Of a DNA stretch of 45,163 nucleotides, positions 35,101 to 45,163 are shown piece after piece; the first letter of the stretch is position 1, and each line of letters starts with the position of its first letter. The notes below the pieces were generated by a model. That model made no database searches, was not told the DNA's origin, and was given only the letters and a program-made list of their open reading frames with translations. The DNA is from a virus (lineage: Duplodnaviria > Caudoviricetes): positions 1 to 45,163 of the IMG/VR virus record IMGVR_UViG_3300043416_000185, one strand, 5' to 3'. Both the position numbers and the translations under genes were made by a program.

Positions 35101-38100
35101 ATTTGAAGAAGACATGCCATTTGACTACCTGTATCTTGCAGGTGACTTAGGCTTTGCCAGAAACCTCATAGAGGAATTGAAGCATAGAATTGCCAGAACG
35201 ATTGACAGAAACGGAAGACAGGCTGGATTTGTTCCAGACTTTGAAAAGCCGTTTGTCGAATGGTTTAAGGACAAGGATGGTAAGGCTATCTACGACCCAT
35301 ACATGCGTGACCTGTTCAAGAAGTTCTTGGCTGTTCACCAGAACAGAAAGAGCAACCTTGACTTCTATAATGTCGATTGGCAGTCGTTCTCGCCAGCCTC
35401 ACTTAAGGCTTTTGTTGAAGAAAATAACATCGAGCATGAGTTTGACATAGACCCTAAGACTGGAAACTACGCCAGAAAGTCAGATGAGGTCATCAATCGT
35501 GAACAGCATTATCGTTACCAAGCCGCATTCAACGAACTGATTAACCTAAAGAAGAGTGGCGTTGATATCGGATTTGAGGTGTATGCCCATGAGAAAGACT
35601 CTGGAGACATCGGCTCATTGGACGAGGAAAATAACAATGGGACGCTCAAGCAACAGGCTTGGAAGCAATACAGAACTACTACGGCTGACATCAGAGAAGC
35701 CCAGCGTAGAGGCACTATCCCAACCAAGGAAGAACTTGAACAGGCTGTTCAGACCGCTAACTTCGGTAAGAGAGGTAGAGCCAGAACTGGTGAAATCGAT
35801 GACATCGAGGCTACAGCCAGAAAGGGTTCAATCATCTTCTCTGGAGTTCCTACGCTAGAGGCTTTCAAAGTGCTTCAGAAGCACATGATGAAGAACGAGA
35901 TAAACGCCATCATGCAGATAGCCCCTGTCATTCTTGAAGGCGGTATCAATGCCCCCAATGTCCTGCGTGTCAAGTATGCTGGATTCACACATGCCCCAGA
36001 AGAAGGTAAGTTACTTAAGAAGCCAAAGAACGAATGGAAGGCTACTGAAAAGAACATGGTGTTCTACCACATGGAACTCAGAGGAACTCTCAGAAACCTC
36101 AAGTCTGGCAAGTTTGACTACAAGAAGCCTCACGCTCACTTCCTGCTTCATGGCGTTGACATCGATGCCCTGCAAAGACGCATCCAATGGATGTGGAAGA
36201 ATGAGAAGGAAACCAGCAAGCGTTGGAGCAACATGGTTGAGTTTGAGAAGGATGTCTATCGTCTTATAGAGAACTACTCTGCTAGGTCTGCCATAGGCGG
36301 TTCTAGGTTCTTTGGCGGTGGCTCTGAAGGCAAGGCCAAGAAGCGTCTTGCTTGTGCGGCTATAGGTGCTTTCCCTACGAGGAAGATGGTTGGTGGTGTC
36401 GATGGAGATGAGATTGAAATGGACATGCCAGAAATTGACTGGCATCACTACCAGTTCAGAGCATACGGCAAGGGAAATGCTGGCAGAGACATTCCTTGGA
36501 CTATCTTAAGAGGTGAAGGTATCAAGAAGGTCTATGGTAGCGAGGACACCATGCGTGTTCCTTATGCCGAAAGAGCCTACTATAGAGCCCAAGAACTCTA
36601 TCAACAGGCTTCAAAGAATGTCCCCAGAGAAGGTGATGAAACACCTGCCAACATGCGTTTCGTTTCGCAAGAACTACAGGCTGGAAGAGTTAAGCAAATC
36701 TTTAGCCCAAAGAGGCCGACAGGTGACTGGCAAATGGTTGCCAAAGGCTACACGCCAAATGATATAATCAAGTCAATAGTTGATGGTCAATTCAAACTGT
36801 CTCCAGAAAAAGACAATAATGCTTTGGCTTTCGTAAAGGGTGGCATTGGTCATGATGAAGCAACAAACTCAGCCTTAGTTTTCTGGCATTGGGCTGGTAG
36901 TGGCGTTCCGTTTGAAAAGATAGAGCAAGGTCAGATTGGACTTCACATTGGGACTAGAGAAGCGGCCTTATACAGAGCCATGAAGGTTTCAGAGGAAACA
37001 GGTAAAGACCCTGCTTCTGTTGGTGACAATGTATTCCCATTGGTTGTCAACATCAAGAAGCCAATCACTCTTCTTGATAGAGGTTCTTGGACTCCTCTTG
37101 ATATAGTTGAAACCATACTATACGCACACGGCTCTGAAGAGACTAGGGCTATACTTGGTGAGCCAAGGGTTGAAGGTAGGTATGATAGACAAATGCTTGA
37201 AAATGTTAAAAGAGCAACAGGGCCACTTAGCCTTCAAGACATAATATATCTTAAGGAATACCAAAGAACTCTTATTGAGAATGGCATTAACGCTTCAAAC
37301 ACATTCTTAGCACAGGCTGAAATGGCTATGGGCAAAGGACAGACACCAAAGTTTGTCGAAATGTCAAAGCGTATGTATAAGGCCGCAGAGCCTTTACACA
37401 AATGGCTTCAAAGCAAAGGAGTTGATGGAATAAAATATAGAAATAGGGTTGAAGGTAAATCATGGTCTTACATAGCATTCTCTGGAAAACAGGTTAAGCA
37501 TCTAGTCCAGAACAGCGGAGAATATAGCCAAAAGAACCTGTCAATGATGAGACAGCAAGCCGCTAGGTTTGGTGCTAAGTCGGCAGATGATGCTGTCAGC
37601 CTTGAGGCTAACTACAGAAAGGCCGTCCAAGAAGGTGACATCTTCAAGTCTATCGCAATCAAGGAGAACTTCCTTGGTGGTCTTCCTACACACGCCAGAG
37701 TCATCAGACAGTCCGCTGACGAGGCTATGAAGCAGGGTGTAACGCTTGAACAATACAACAGCCAGTTCACAACAGGGACACCTGCCGTATTCCCAGTAAT
37801 CAAGGAGTTGAACCAGAAGGCATGGTCATCGCATATGCTTTCAGAGATGGAGACTGGACAAGCCTCAATCAAGACAAGGGCTTTGATAAAGACTAGGAAT
37901 CCTCTTGTCGTTGACGCTAGCGGTCTTGCGTTTGACTCACCAGAGTTGTCTGCGAATGCATGGATTAACAAGGCTACCAATGCTGGACATGACAGCGTTG
38001 TGTTCACTAACACCATAGAGTCTGGCTTTACTGGAGCGTCAGAAAACACTCCGTTGCACAACAAGGTTGTTCAGATTGGTGCTGATTCAGTCAACAATAT

Positions 38101-41100
38101 TGCGGTAATAGACGAGAACACATCAAGACAGCCAGTTCCTAGAGGTGCTGGAATTCTGAATGATGCTCCGCTTGAGTTGCCATTCCGTCAAGAAGCGGCA
38201 AAGAGAACATTCTATTCTGCTGTTGAGAAGTTTGTCCAAGAAAAGATTACTGACAAGACATCGCTTAACGAACTGTTAGGTCTTCTTGACCCTACAAAGG
38301 GAACTGGCATAACTAAGTCTGAACTTGAGTTCCTTGACATTGCTGGATGGGTTGAAGAGCAGAAGAAGATTACAGGTGGCACTAAGGCTAAGGTTAATAA
38401 ACAAGCCCTTCTTGAATACATAGAACAACACAAGTTTGAGTTACAGGAAGACAAGACCAACACGGCTTGGTATTCCCTTCAAGGTCTTGACCCAAATAAT
38501 CCTGCCGTTCAAAGCCAAGTCGAGGGTGGATATGAAGGTTATGCTCCAGCAAACAAGGGTTATGATACGCTTCACCCATCTACAAACTATAGGGTTCTTC
38601 TTTTAAGAGCCCCTGCTGGAACTGATTATTCTGGAGGTGAAGGTGGTCACTTCCCAAAACATGAGAATATAATGGCTTTTGCCAGAGTGTCAGATGTGTG
38701 GCTTGACAGGGTTACCGAAATGCCATCTCCTCCTGTAACTACACCTAAGTCAGAAGATAAATATATAGAAGGCTTTGTTGGTGTGACTGACGAACAGTTT
38801 GGTCATCGGTTTGGCTGGACATTAGATAAAGTGTTAAAAGATTTGGAAATGGATTTCCAGACATTTAAAGATACATCATCTGATGACATATTTAGGGCTT
38901 CCATGTCTGGAACTAAAGTTGTTGATTCGTTTAGCAATGGAGCCATTCTTCCTACGGCTGTAAGATTTGAAAAAATTGGATTCGTTATAGACAGATTAAT
39001 GGAAGCAAAGCCAGAATTGCATGGGGAAATTCTGGCAAAGTTTAAAGAGGTGTTTAATAGAAACGCAAAGCCTAACCCAGAATCGCCTAGAGGAATTGAA
39101 AATCTTAATAAAGACTTTGAAAGCACATCATTAGCGAATCAAACTATATTTCCGCATAGCATAATGCGTGGATTTTCTGAGGGAGTTGTAGATAAATCTG
39201 CTGGACTTAATTCATCTCCTTCTGAAACAGTAGGAAAATATAACTTCTTTCTCACAGATACAGATGGTGCATATAAGGCTTTTACTGAGGCTTTAGATAT
39301 AATAAAGTCATATATGATAAAGGACGAAACATCATCGCTAGACCCTAACGCTGGCAAAAAGAAGATGTTGTTCGTCATGGAGATACAGTCTGACACGGCT
39401 CAAAAGATGCAGGGTAGAAATGATGCCAGAACTGAAAACATTCTTACTCAACAGGAGTTTGACGAAAAAGTCAGAATTGAAGATGCTATCAGAGATGTTC
39501 AGTTTGAGATAAATGATGCTGTTGAAAGCGTTCAAAAAACAGGCTCAAGAATGGTTGATGTAGAAAAAGAGTTTCCAGAACTTTATGCCAGAAGACAAGA
39601 ACTTAAAGATAAGTTGTCTCCTCTACTTGGCAAAGAAAAAAAGACTGTCATTTCTCAGCGAGACTTTGAAAAAGTTCCAGAAGTCAAAGAAGAACTAAAG
39701 AAGCGAATGGAGGTATTTGACACTTGGGAAAACTGGGGCAAATCAAAGGAAAAGAACCTTGAAAGAACTGACCTTATAGATGATGGGTTTAATGAGGGAA
39801 CTAGTGCTGTCATGGATAAGATTGGCTTATCTAAATCTGCTGGAATTATAACTGATGAAGTCGCTGGTGGAAGAGATAGGTTTATTGAAAACATGGTTGT
39901 TTTAATAGACAGAATACTTGCAGGTGATGTCACACAGCCTAATGAAGGATACAGAGCCAAAGATACACTTAGGGGTGTAAAAGAGTCTATATTGGAAAAG
40001 AATGACATTACTATTCAAGAGTTAAATCAAGTTCTTTATTACTCACGGCAAAATTTTGCCATAAGATATGACCAATCAAGGCTTCCGTATTACGACCTTG
40101 CATATTTCTTAGGAATTGCAGAAGACGCTTCTAACACGCATAGAAACCACCCACCTACTGAAGGACAAGTAAAAAGAGTGGGAAGAATAATGCATGAAGA
40201 GGTTGCTAAGTTAGTTAAGGATGAAATCTTTGACACAAGCGTAAGCAATGGAAGGGGCTTTGCTTTTGGTGCGTTCAAAACAAATGACTTCAGTAAGAAA
40301 AATCTTTACTCAATAATTGATGCAAAGGCTGACGAGTTTGCTGGAGGAACACTTGAAAGGGTGGTTAGACAAACTCCAGCAGAAGATACTGTTGGAAGGG
40401 CTTGGAGTGCATGGGAGAAGCATTCCTTATCAGACAGAGGTAGTCGTGCATATCATCAGTTTAGAGAAAAGGTTCTTCATATGGTTATTGAAGGAATGAA
40501 TATCCATGAGAGACAAAGCCCTAATTCATCTCAAACTAGAGAACAGGTAAAGACAGCACAACTTGGACACATTGCATCTAGTCGTGATACTGTTGTTACT
40601 GAGTTCATGCCATTCATGCGGACTGAGGATTTCACAAAACTCATGTTCAAGAAACTGCTTAGAGAAGCGGTAAGCAACGGCTATGAAGGCATCATCTTTA
40701 TCCCGCCAGAAATGCCTCAGATACTTACTAATGGTGATTCAAGGTATTTCTACGGAAAGATAGTCCCAAAGGTGGTTGAAGGCTATACTAAGAAGTTTGA
40801 TGGAAAACTTAGGCAGAACAAGTCAGTAGCATTGATGCCTAAGCCAGACCCATTGATTAATTCTATAAATGATTATCTTGTGCAAGCCGCTAGAGATAAT
40901 CATGGAGGCAATTACCCATCGACAAGACAAGAGGCTTGGGAGTCAATAACGCAATATGCGAAAAACTATATTGCCTTAGAGGGAAGCCCAGTTCAAAGCC
41001 AAATGAAGGCTCGTTTTGTGGACGAAATTGCAAAAACTGGAAAAAGTTCTACTGAAATTGCCGAACAAATATTTGACCATTTTGTTGGAAGACAAAGAGG

Positions 41101-43255
41101 AACACTTCCAGAATCACAAAAGGGATGGCAACTTGGTGACAAAAATGATTTAGTTAATACTAAAGACAACATAGACAGGCAAGCGTCACGCAAAGGTCTT
41201 ATCCTTGATATTACCCCAAAGATGGATGCTATCAAGGAGGGTCAACCTATGTGGCAAGCCGCCGCAAGAAGGCCAAAGAAGCCAAATGTTGAAGGCCAGC
41301 CAGAGACTGTCGGTGATGTCAGAGGGCTTGGTGACGGAACTCCTATAGCCAAGAAGCAGGACAGGTCTATCGGTGAGCGTCCAGAAGGTAGTGAAATCCC
41401 AGATATTCCTAAGCAGACATCTGGCCTTGAGGTCGGTGGAGTTGGTGGAATGCCTACCAGTATCGACAAGAAACTTGCTACTGAAGGTGTGGCTGACTAT
41501 CGTGGATACAAGATTATCTACGACAAGGCCAATGGTGGATACAGAATCACCAATCCTTCTGGCAAGATGGTTCCAATACCCATTCAATACAAGGATAAGT
41601 TTACTGGAGAAACAGTAATCAAAAATGAAAGAACTGTTGTCTTCCCATCTGAAGCGACATTCTTAATCGACTACCTCCTTGGTGGCATGCCAAAGACTCC
41701 AGATGCTCCGTCTACTCCAGCCCTTGCCAAGCCAGCACAGGTCAAGCAACAGGTTGTTGAGCCAGCACAAAGGGCTATTCCTAAGAACGAGCCAGCCTCT
41801 GCTCCTGCGAATGAACTTGGTATCGTTAAGTCACAACTTGAAACTGGGGGTAAGTCAAAGTATTACTTCTACAACATCGAGTTTGACCCCAAGACAAACG
41901 ACTACACAGCGAGAGATAACTCTGGTCAGATAGTCCAGACAATTGTTGACAGCACATTCCAGTCTGGCCCACGGACAATGCTTGCCAACAGGAACCCAAG
42001 CCTTGAGTCACTTCTAGGTCAGTTAGACAAGAAGTTTGACAAGACTAAGTATGCTAGACTTGCACCTAGGGCTCAGACTGCCACAGCCCAACCTGCTCCT
42101 GTCGCTCCTACCCCTGTTGCTCCTGCTTCTGTGGCTCCTGTAGCCCCTGTTGAGCCAGTTGCGACTCCTAGTGCCAAGCCAGTCCCAACAAGGCGTGTGG
42201 CGGCTTCTAGCGTCCCTCCAGCCGTGGCACAGGCTACACCAGCCCCTGCTCCAAAGCCAAAAGCCACGCCCAAGCCAAAGCAAAATGTCAATAAGCCAAA
42301 GCCAAAGGTTGTCATGCCAGCGGAACCTGTGGTTCCAAAGGATGCGGAGATTAGCCCCTCACAATCTACGCAACCTGTTGAAGTTGTCTCTGATAAGGAG
42401 TTTATGGAGAAACAGGCTAAGGCTCTCGGCAAGGGCTTCATCGAAATGATGAAAGACCCAGAGTTGTCCCAGCATATCATCGACTCTCTCAATGTTGACG
42501 ATAACCTTACCCTAAAGGGTGATGGCAACTCTGCCAGCACAGCCGATGGTAGGTTCTCCGTGGACAAGAAGGGCAAGAAGTATGTGGTCATGCAGAACAA
42601 CTACCAGTCACCCATTACTGGCCTCAACTACGACAGACGCACCATCGCTTATGTCAACACCCTGCAACAGGCTCAGATTCTTATCCGTAGACTTGAGGTT
42701 GAGCGTAACATGCAACTCAAGATGAGAGGTATGCCGTTAGAGAATCCTCTGATGGTAATGGCGGCTGAGAACCCAGCCTTTGAGCAACTGGCTAGAGACA
42801 AGGCTATCAGAGACAACGCCATGATTATGATGCTCCTGTCAATGCGTGACCAAGGCATTACCCCTATCTATATCGACCCTAATACGCTTCAGCCAATCCT
42901 TGTGATGATGCCAAGCGAGGAGGCCATCTCGCAGGTCACAAGACCTACAAGAAGACAGCCACAGATTGCTGGTCTGCTCCCAGAAAGCGGTGGTCAAGAG
43001 AAACTGCTCCCTGCCGTCCTTGATGACGCAATCAAGTTCGACTACATACAGGATGCCCAGATTCGGCAAATGTCAAAGTATACCAAGGATGTCGCTGAGA
43101 GATACAGAAACAAACTTGGCTACGAGATACTGAAGTTCCAAGGCAAGTTTAGACTGTTCAATCCTCTCAAGGCTTCAGTCTCAGTCAGAGATGACGAGGA
43201 CGCTATAATGAATGACCTCATCAGAGACATAGCCAAGAAAGGCTTACAAAGGTGA
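32180..43255 (+). CDS. Giant (3691 aa) polyvalent internal virion protein
   Basis: Uninterrupted ORF with G/A-rich hydrophobic N-terminal segments, ART-PolyVal-like domain(s) at about 36870-38190, a FYS...EIQSD...GYEGI module at about 38210-41260 and a Pro/Ala linker near the C-terminus. Confidence 0.8.
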   Translation: MDNNSPYLWNPPEGADTQSITKVQNDRLSEILNAPLTGEDIAYKVSKAGLEGRNPNLTFDEFELYDEWHKKQEINWWEVVSGGFGMFFKDIGSGVASLQPFGEGHSMKSAAMNWIPTNLAATGVEAFGRGTRDMVGLYKMASENQNSPFYRLFNPNGDKYQRFIDFNHLADWNATSQRILEGKENVVLPDTQTMLNKDISGFSASDLFKVNNALAHAGSYFLDPVALMTMGGSSVAKTGLTVATKAGAVNAAEVVAKNALKEGVTGAVSAAKTTAGIFDKGRIVGSGLTEKLGKAFRVSGEVVDAPITKSLNWIKRQADELLDTNLHQTQNGNLRVTGPTKGQAGFGGSIMAGFGLGAIGLPYASAVVPVWAVANAAKIGGAFFEGLGREMASGKGALKRLGGQVGSSGKLARTFDSWSPMGGYVKEMSKAVAKSGLYGAGIGYAVGGEEGAAQGLGMGAAIGTTHYHYGVAHNMIKGQSREKMTADLIGNVTSLRERGFTKKADTVLKYLEEIREQHGDDAYFRNLGVYLGMEADAHVALDVWDKEDYIRIANDPSVPQYVRDAVNEVIGSEGQGWNGLFLQRNGESKPYFIRKDSQSGQTHVIINAWAVDNAGKRQATGLKGEFFHVLSDAYKQASTKEKFKEEVFEGLVRTLNLNHTEEGRANMAQILRNAANNLGAFKGAGMKQKASVRAKNLLRLQRKNSPNGWKVDFVGGNEVITEGKVQRPAYYWESNNGWRIQESSSGYDLTGRIEGKPFRKSYRTLSEAVAEHREIAPVDTQVKSAPRKPKATQFEAQAGPRAGEREGFQETVADVELGAKVDSIIDSLVKKLSGKSGAEFRDADKSTYDTFAKGYKQALSDGWIFDEARVDSNNDGWYHPDYPNATLQDWLNADGTRKGQEPATPPNVSGERTAVTPEAKPEEPKQQKPKAPELEPEEVENIFRQIDEFEKTGKLPDGAFSRLIEEMGEGVFDAFEEDMPFDYLYLAGDLGFARNLIEELKHRIARTIDRNGRQAGFVPDFEKPFVEWFKDKDGKAIYDPYMRDLFKKFLAVHQNRKSNLDFYNVDWQSFSPASLKAFVEENNIEHEFDIDPKTGNYARKSDEVINREQHYRYQAAFNELINLKKSGVDIGFEVYAHEKDSGDIGSLDEENNNGTLKQQAWKQYRTTTADIREAQRRGTIPTKEELEQAVQTANFGKRGRARTGEIDDIEATARKGSIIFSGVPTLEAFKVLQKHMMKNEINAIMQIAPVILEGGINAPNVLRVKYAGFTHAPEEGKLLKKPKNEWKATEKNMVFYHMELRGTLRNLKSGKFDYKKPHAHFLLHGVDIDALQRRIQWMWKNEKETSKRWSNMVEFEKDVYRLIENYSARSAIGGSRFFGGGSEGKAKKRLACAAIGAFPTRKMVGGVDGDEIEMDMPEIDWHHYQFRAYGKGNAGRDIPWTILRGEGIKKVYGSEDTMRVPYAERAYYRAQELYQQASKNVPREGDETPANMRFVSQELQAGRVKQIFSPKRPTGDWQMVAKGYTPNDIIKSIVDGQFKLSPEKDNNALAFVKGGIGHDEATNSALVFWHWAGSGVPFEKIEQGQIGLHIGTREAALYRAMKVSEETGKDPASVGDNVFPLVVNIKKPITLLDRGSWTPLDIVETILYAHGSEETRAILGEPRVEGRYDRQMLENVKRATGPLSLQDIIYLKEYQRTLIENGINASNTFLAQAEMAMGKGQTPKFVEMSKRMYKAAEPLHKWLQSKGVDGIKYRNRVEGKSWSYIAFSGKQVKHLVQNSGEYSQKNLSMMRQQAARFGAKSADDAVSLEANYRKAVQEGDIFKSIAIKENFLGGLPTHARVIRQSADEAMKQGVTLEQYNSQFTTGTPAVFPVIKELNQKAWSSHMLSEMETGQASIKTRALIKTRNPLVVDASGLAFDSPELSANAWINKATNAGHDSVVFTNTIESGFTGASENTPLHNKVVQIGADSVNNIAVIDENTSRQPVPRGAGILNDAPLELPFRQEAAKRTFYSAVEKFVQEKITDKTSLNELLGLLDPTKGTGITKSELEFLDIAGWVEEQKKITGGTKAKVNKQALLEYIEQHKFELQEDKTNTAWYSLQGLDPNNPAVQSQVEGGYEGYAPANKGYDTLHPSTNYRVLLLRAPAGTDYSGGEGGHFPKHENIMAFARVSDVWLDRVTEMPSPPVTTPKSEDKYIEGFVGVTDEQFGHRFGWTLDKVLKDLEMDFQTFKDTSSDDIFRASMSGTKVVDSFSNGAILPTAVRFEKIGFVIDRLMEAKPELHGEILAKFKEVFNRNAKPNPESPRGIENLNKDFESTSLANQTIFPHSIMRGFSEGVVDKSAGLNSSPSETVGKYNFFLTDTDGAYKAFTEALDIIKSYMIKDETSSLDPNAGKKKMLFVMEIQSDTAQKMQGRNDARTENILTQQEFDEKVRIEDAIRDVQFEINDAVESVQKTGSRMVDVEKEFPELYARRQELKDKLSPLLGKEKKTVISQRDFEKVPEVKEELKKRMEVFDTWENWGKSKEKNLERTDLIDDGFNEGTSAVMDKIGLSKSAGIITDEVAGGRDRFIENMVVLIDRILAGDVTQPNEGYRAKDTLRGVKESILEKNDITIQELNQVLYYSRQNFAIRYDQSRLPYYDLAYFLGIAEDASNTHRNHPPTEGQVKRVGRIMHEEVAKLVKDEIFDTSVSNGRGFAFGAFKTNDFSKKNLYSIIDAKADEFAGGTLERVVRQTPAEDTVGRAWSAWEKHSLSDRGSRAYHQFREKVLHMVIEGMNIHERQSPNSSQTREQVKTAQLGHIASSRDTVVTEFMPFMRTEDFTKLMFKKLLREAVSNGYEGIIFIPPEMPQILTNGDSRYFYGKIVPKVVEGYTKKFDGKLRQNKSVALMPKPDPLINSINDYLVQAARDNHGGNYPSTRQEAWESITQYAKNYIALEGSPVQSQMKARFVDEIAKTGKSSTEIAEQIFDHFVGRQRGTLPESQKGWQLGDKNDLVNTKDNIDRQASRKGLILDITPKMDAIKEGQPMWQAAARRPKKPNVEGQPETVGDVRGLGDGTPIAKKQDRSIGERPEGSEIPDIPKQTSGLEVGGVGGMPTSIDKKLATEGVADYRGYKIIYDKANGGYRITNPSGKMVPIPIQYKDKFTGETVIKNERTVVFPSEATFLIDYLLGGMPKTPDAPSTPALAKPAQVKQQVVEPAQRAIPKNEPASAPANELGIVKSQLETGGKSKYYFYNIEFDPKTNDYTARDNSGQIVQTIVDSTFQSGPRTMLANRNPSLESLLGQLDKKFDKTKYARLAPRAQTATAQPAPVAPTPVAPASVAPVAPVEPVATPSAKPVPTRRVAASSVPPAVAQATPAPAPKPKATPKPKQNVNKPKPKVVMPAEPVVPKDAEISPSQSTQPVEVVSDKEFMEKQAKALGKGFIEMMKDPELSQHIIDSLNVDDNLTLKGDGNSASTADGRFSVDKKGKKYVVMQNNYQSPITGLNYDRRTIAYVNTLQQAQILIRRLEVERNMQLKMRGMPLENPLMVMAAENPAFEQLARDKAIRDNAMIMMLLSMRDQGITPIYIDPNTLQPILVMMPSEEAISQVTRPTRRQPQIAGLLPESGGQEKLLPAVLDDAIKFDYIQDAQIRQMSKYTKDVAERYRNKLGYEILKFQGKFRLFNPLKASVSVRDDEDAIMNDLIRDIAKKGLQR

Positions 43256-43554
43256 GCGACATGCAACAGGTCATCGATGAATTCAAGAAGGCTGGCTGGA
43301 TAGTCGCTCTTCTTGGAGGACTCGGTGCTTTGGCTAGGCTCATATTGACTGACGAAAAGTATAACACGACCAAGTGGATAAGGATGATTGTCGCTGGAGT
43401 CATAGTCGGAATACTTTGCTATTTTGCTACTTACAACTTAGATATAGACCCATTCTACAAGAGCGTGTTGTATTCTGGTGCTGGTAGTATAGCCCCAGAA
43501 CTGTTCAACTGGTTCAGAAAATTCACAATCAAAAAACTCAATACAAATGGCTGA
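43252..43554 (+). CDS. Putative holin
   Basis: 100 aa with two to three transmembrane segments and a basic C-terminus; GTGA overlap. Confidence 0.7.
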   Translation: MSDMQQVIDEFKKAGWIVALLGGLGALARLILTDEKYNTTKWIRMIVAGVIVGILCYFATYNLDIDPFYKSVLYSGAGSIAPELFNWFRKFTIKKLNTNG

Positions 43555-45151
43555 CGATACAACATATGGTGGATGGGGTGCTACTGCATACACTCCTATA
43601 AATGAATGGAACTATGTGCCTTTCTATAAAAAGAATGTCTTTACTGGGGCAGGACAGGCAGACCAAGCGGCAAACTTAATTACATCTCCATCGTTTACTA
43701 GTTTCTGGTCAAGCGGAGGCAGTCAAGAAGACAATATTTCTGCCGTAAGAGTTACATCTGCAACAAGAGATAGAGATGTGACTGCATTGGCAAGCCAAGG
43801 CAAATATAACATAGATTCACCTTCACCCACACCTCCACCACGACCTGTTCCTCCAGAAGGAATAAGAAACATAGATTTTAAGACATATTATAACAAAGAA
43901 GGTTACTATTTGCAGGGACACCAGCAGGTTGAAATACCTTGGGAGTTAAGAGTTGAAAACGCTCCAAACAGATGGAGCAATATGAACTATGACTGGCATC
44001 CAGACAGTCCGTATAGACCTGCAACAATGCAAGGCACATTTCCCCAATTGACACATGAAGAACACAATTGGTGGATAAAAGAAATGAGAGGAGGAGAAAT
44101 TGACCCAAAAACTGGGCTTATGAGTGGAGGGTGGAATGAACGCTACAATGACTATTACTCAGCCAGACTAAAGCATGAAAGCATACCATTAGCATTAAGA
44201 AATACTGCTGGTGCTATGGTTCGTGACGATAGACAACTCTACTCAACTCTTAGATACTTTACAGATGGTAGTGGGCAGGGTGTTTATCGTGGTGTTAATG
44301 CTTCTAGCCCAACAAATCTTGCTGGCCTTTCTTCAGAACTTTCCTTATATGGAAAGGGTTCAAGGTTTTCCGTTCCTACCGCAAACCCAAAATGGCAAAG
44401 CAACATATTATTTGTATCTTCACCATCTGGAGAGTTAGCAATGAACACTAGAAACTCTCAAAGAGTTCTTGGACTTGGAGATACATATAGATTAAACGAA
44501 AGGGCTATTACTGATACAGCCCCTTATGCCGCAAATACTGGAAGACCTATTCCAGAGGATACAGGTCCACTTCTTGACATAGCACAACAAGAACCAGAGG
44601 CCATTGCTTTAACAAAATCAAATTTAAATGAAGCAAGAAGGGTTGGAATGATACAGAGAGATAAAATTAGTGGAGTTGATAAGGCTGGAAAACATTGGCA
44701 AGATGCTAGGCCATCTACTACAACGACTGTATACGGCCCTCCTTCAAAATCTGCACAATGGATGGCTAGAGGAGAGCAAGCACTTCACATTGGAGGAAAG
44801 GCTCTCATGGTTCTTGGTGGCGTAATGGAACAGTTTAATGTCCCAGAAAGAATGAAGGGATACTATACAAACGCATTGCAACAAGACCCAAACTGGAGGC
44901 CAGACCCATCAGATAAACTTGGAATGGCTGTGTGGGCTGGACTTGAATCTGCAATGAACTTTGGCACTATGGGTTTCTGGGACCAAAAAGACAGAATCGC
45001 CACAGACATGACCAGCGGTGCTGGAAGAGGTAAGGGTTTTTACGGAACAATGGTTCCACCTTCTGGAATGACGAGCGTTCATAGCGCCCCAGACAGATAC
45101 GAAAGACAAGGAGTGTCGTTCAATCATATATACCCTCAAGCCCCTCGATGA
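43547..45151 (+). CDS. Hypothetical protein (534 aa)
   Basis: Long ORF coupled to the holin upstream and the lipoprotein downstream; no motif recognised. Confidence 0.75.
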   Translation: MADDTTYGGWGATAYTPINEWNYVPFYKKNVFTGAGQADQAANLITSPSFTSFWSSGGSQEDNISAVRVTSATRDRDVTALASQGKYNIDSPSPTPPPRPVPPEGIRNIDFKTYYNKEGYYLQGHQQVEIPWELRVENAPNRWSNMNYDWHPDSPYRPATMQGTFPQLTHEEHNWWIKEMRGGEIDPKTGLMSGGWNERYNDYYSARLKHESIPLALRNTAGAMVRDDRQLYSTLRYFTDGSGQGVYRGVNASSPTNLAGLSSELSLYGKGSRFSVPTANPKWQSNILFVSSPSGELAMNTRNSQRVLGLGDTYRLNERAITDTAPYAANTGRPIPEDTGPLLDIAQQEPEAIALTKSNLNEARRVGMIQRDKISGVDKAGKHWQDARPSTTTTVYGPPSKSAQWMARGEQALHIGGKALMVLGGVMEQFNVPERMKGYYTNALQQDPNWRPDPSDKLGMAVWAGLESAMNFGTMGFWDQKDRIATDMTSGAGRGKGFYGTMVPPSGMTSVHSAPDRYERQGVSFNHIYPQAPR

Positions 45152-45163
45152 GATACATACTGG
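45040..45163. repeat. Terminal direct repeat, right copy
   Basis: Identical to 1-124. Confidence 0.97.

Overview
This window is an apparently complete tailed-phage genome (Caudoviricetes, podovirus-like). Positions 1-124 repeat exactly at 45040-45163, giving a circular unit of about 45,039 bp. It has four blocks. (1) 758-7351, minus strand: recombination and replication genes (RusA, PD-(D/E)XK exonuclease, replication initiator with internal iterons, DnaC-like loader, ERF annealase, metallophosphoesterase) plus small ORFs. (2) About 7835-12280, plus strand: an array of small genes, most with their own sigma70-type promoter and a shared C/A-rich leader lacking a Shine-Dalgarno (SD) sequence. 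It includes an ArdA-like antirestriction protein, several very acidic proteins, a probable histone-fold protein and tRNA-Arg. (3) About 12300-13350: a sharp C-rich to G-rich switch (candidate packaging or terminus region), then two unclassified structured-RNA candidates and five tRNAs. (4) 13374-45151 wrapping to 825, plus strand: GH19 endolysin, terminase, portal, scaffold, DUF5309-type capsid, tail proteins, ejection proteins including a 3691-aa polyvalent protein, holin and a spanin-like lipoprotein. No integrase, DNA polymerase, RNA polymerase or CRISPR array was recognised. The most striking observations are the repeated promoter-leader cassette array (five -35 boxes double as the upstream stop codon), the histone-like gene, the tRNA-like RNAs and a set of seven tRNAs that all carry U34. 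All calls come from reading motifs by eye; no database search or folding program was run.
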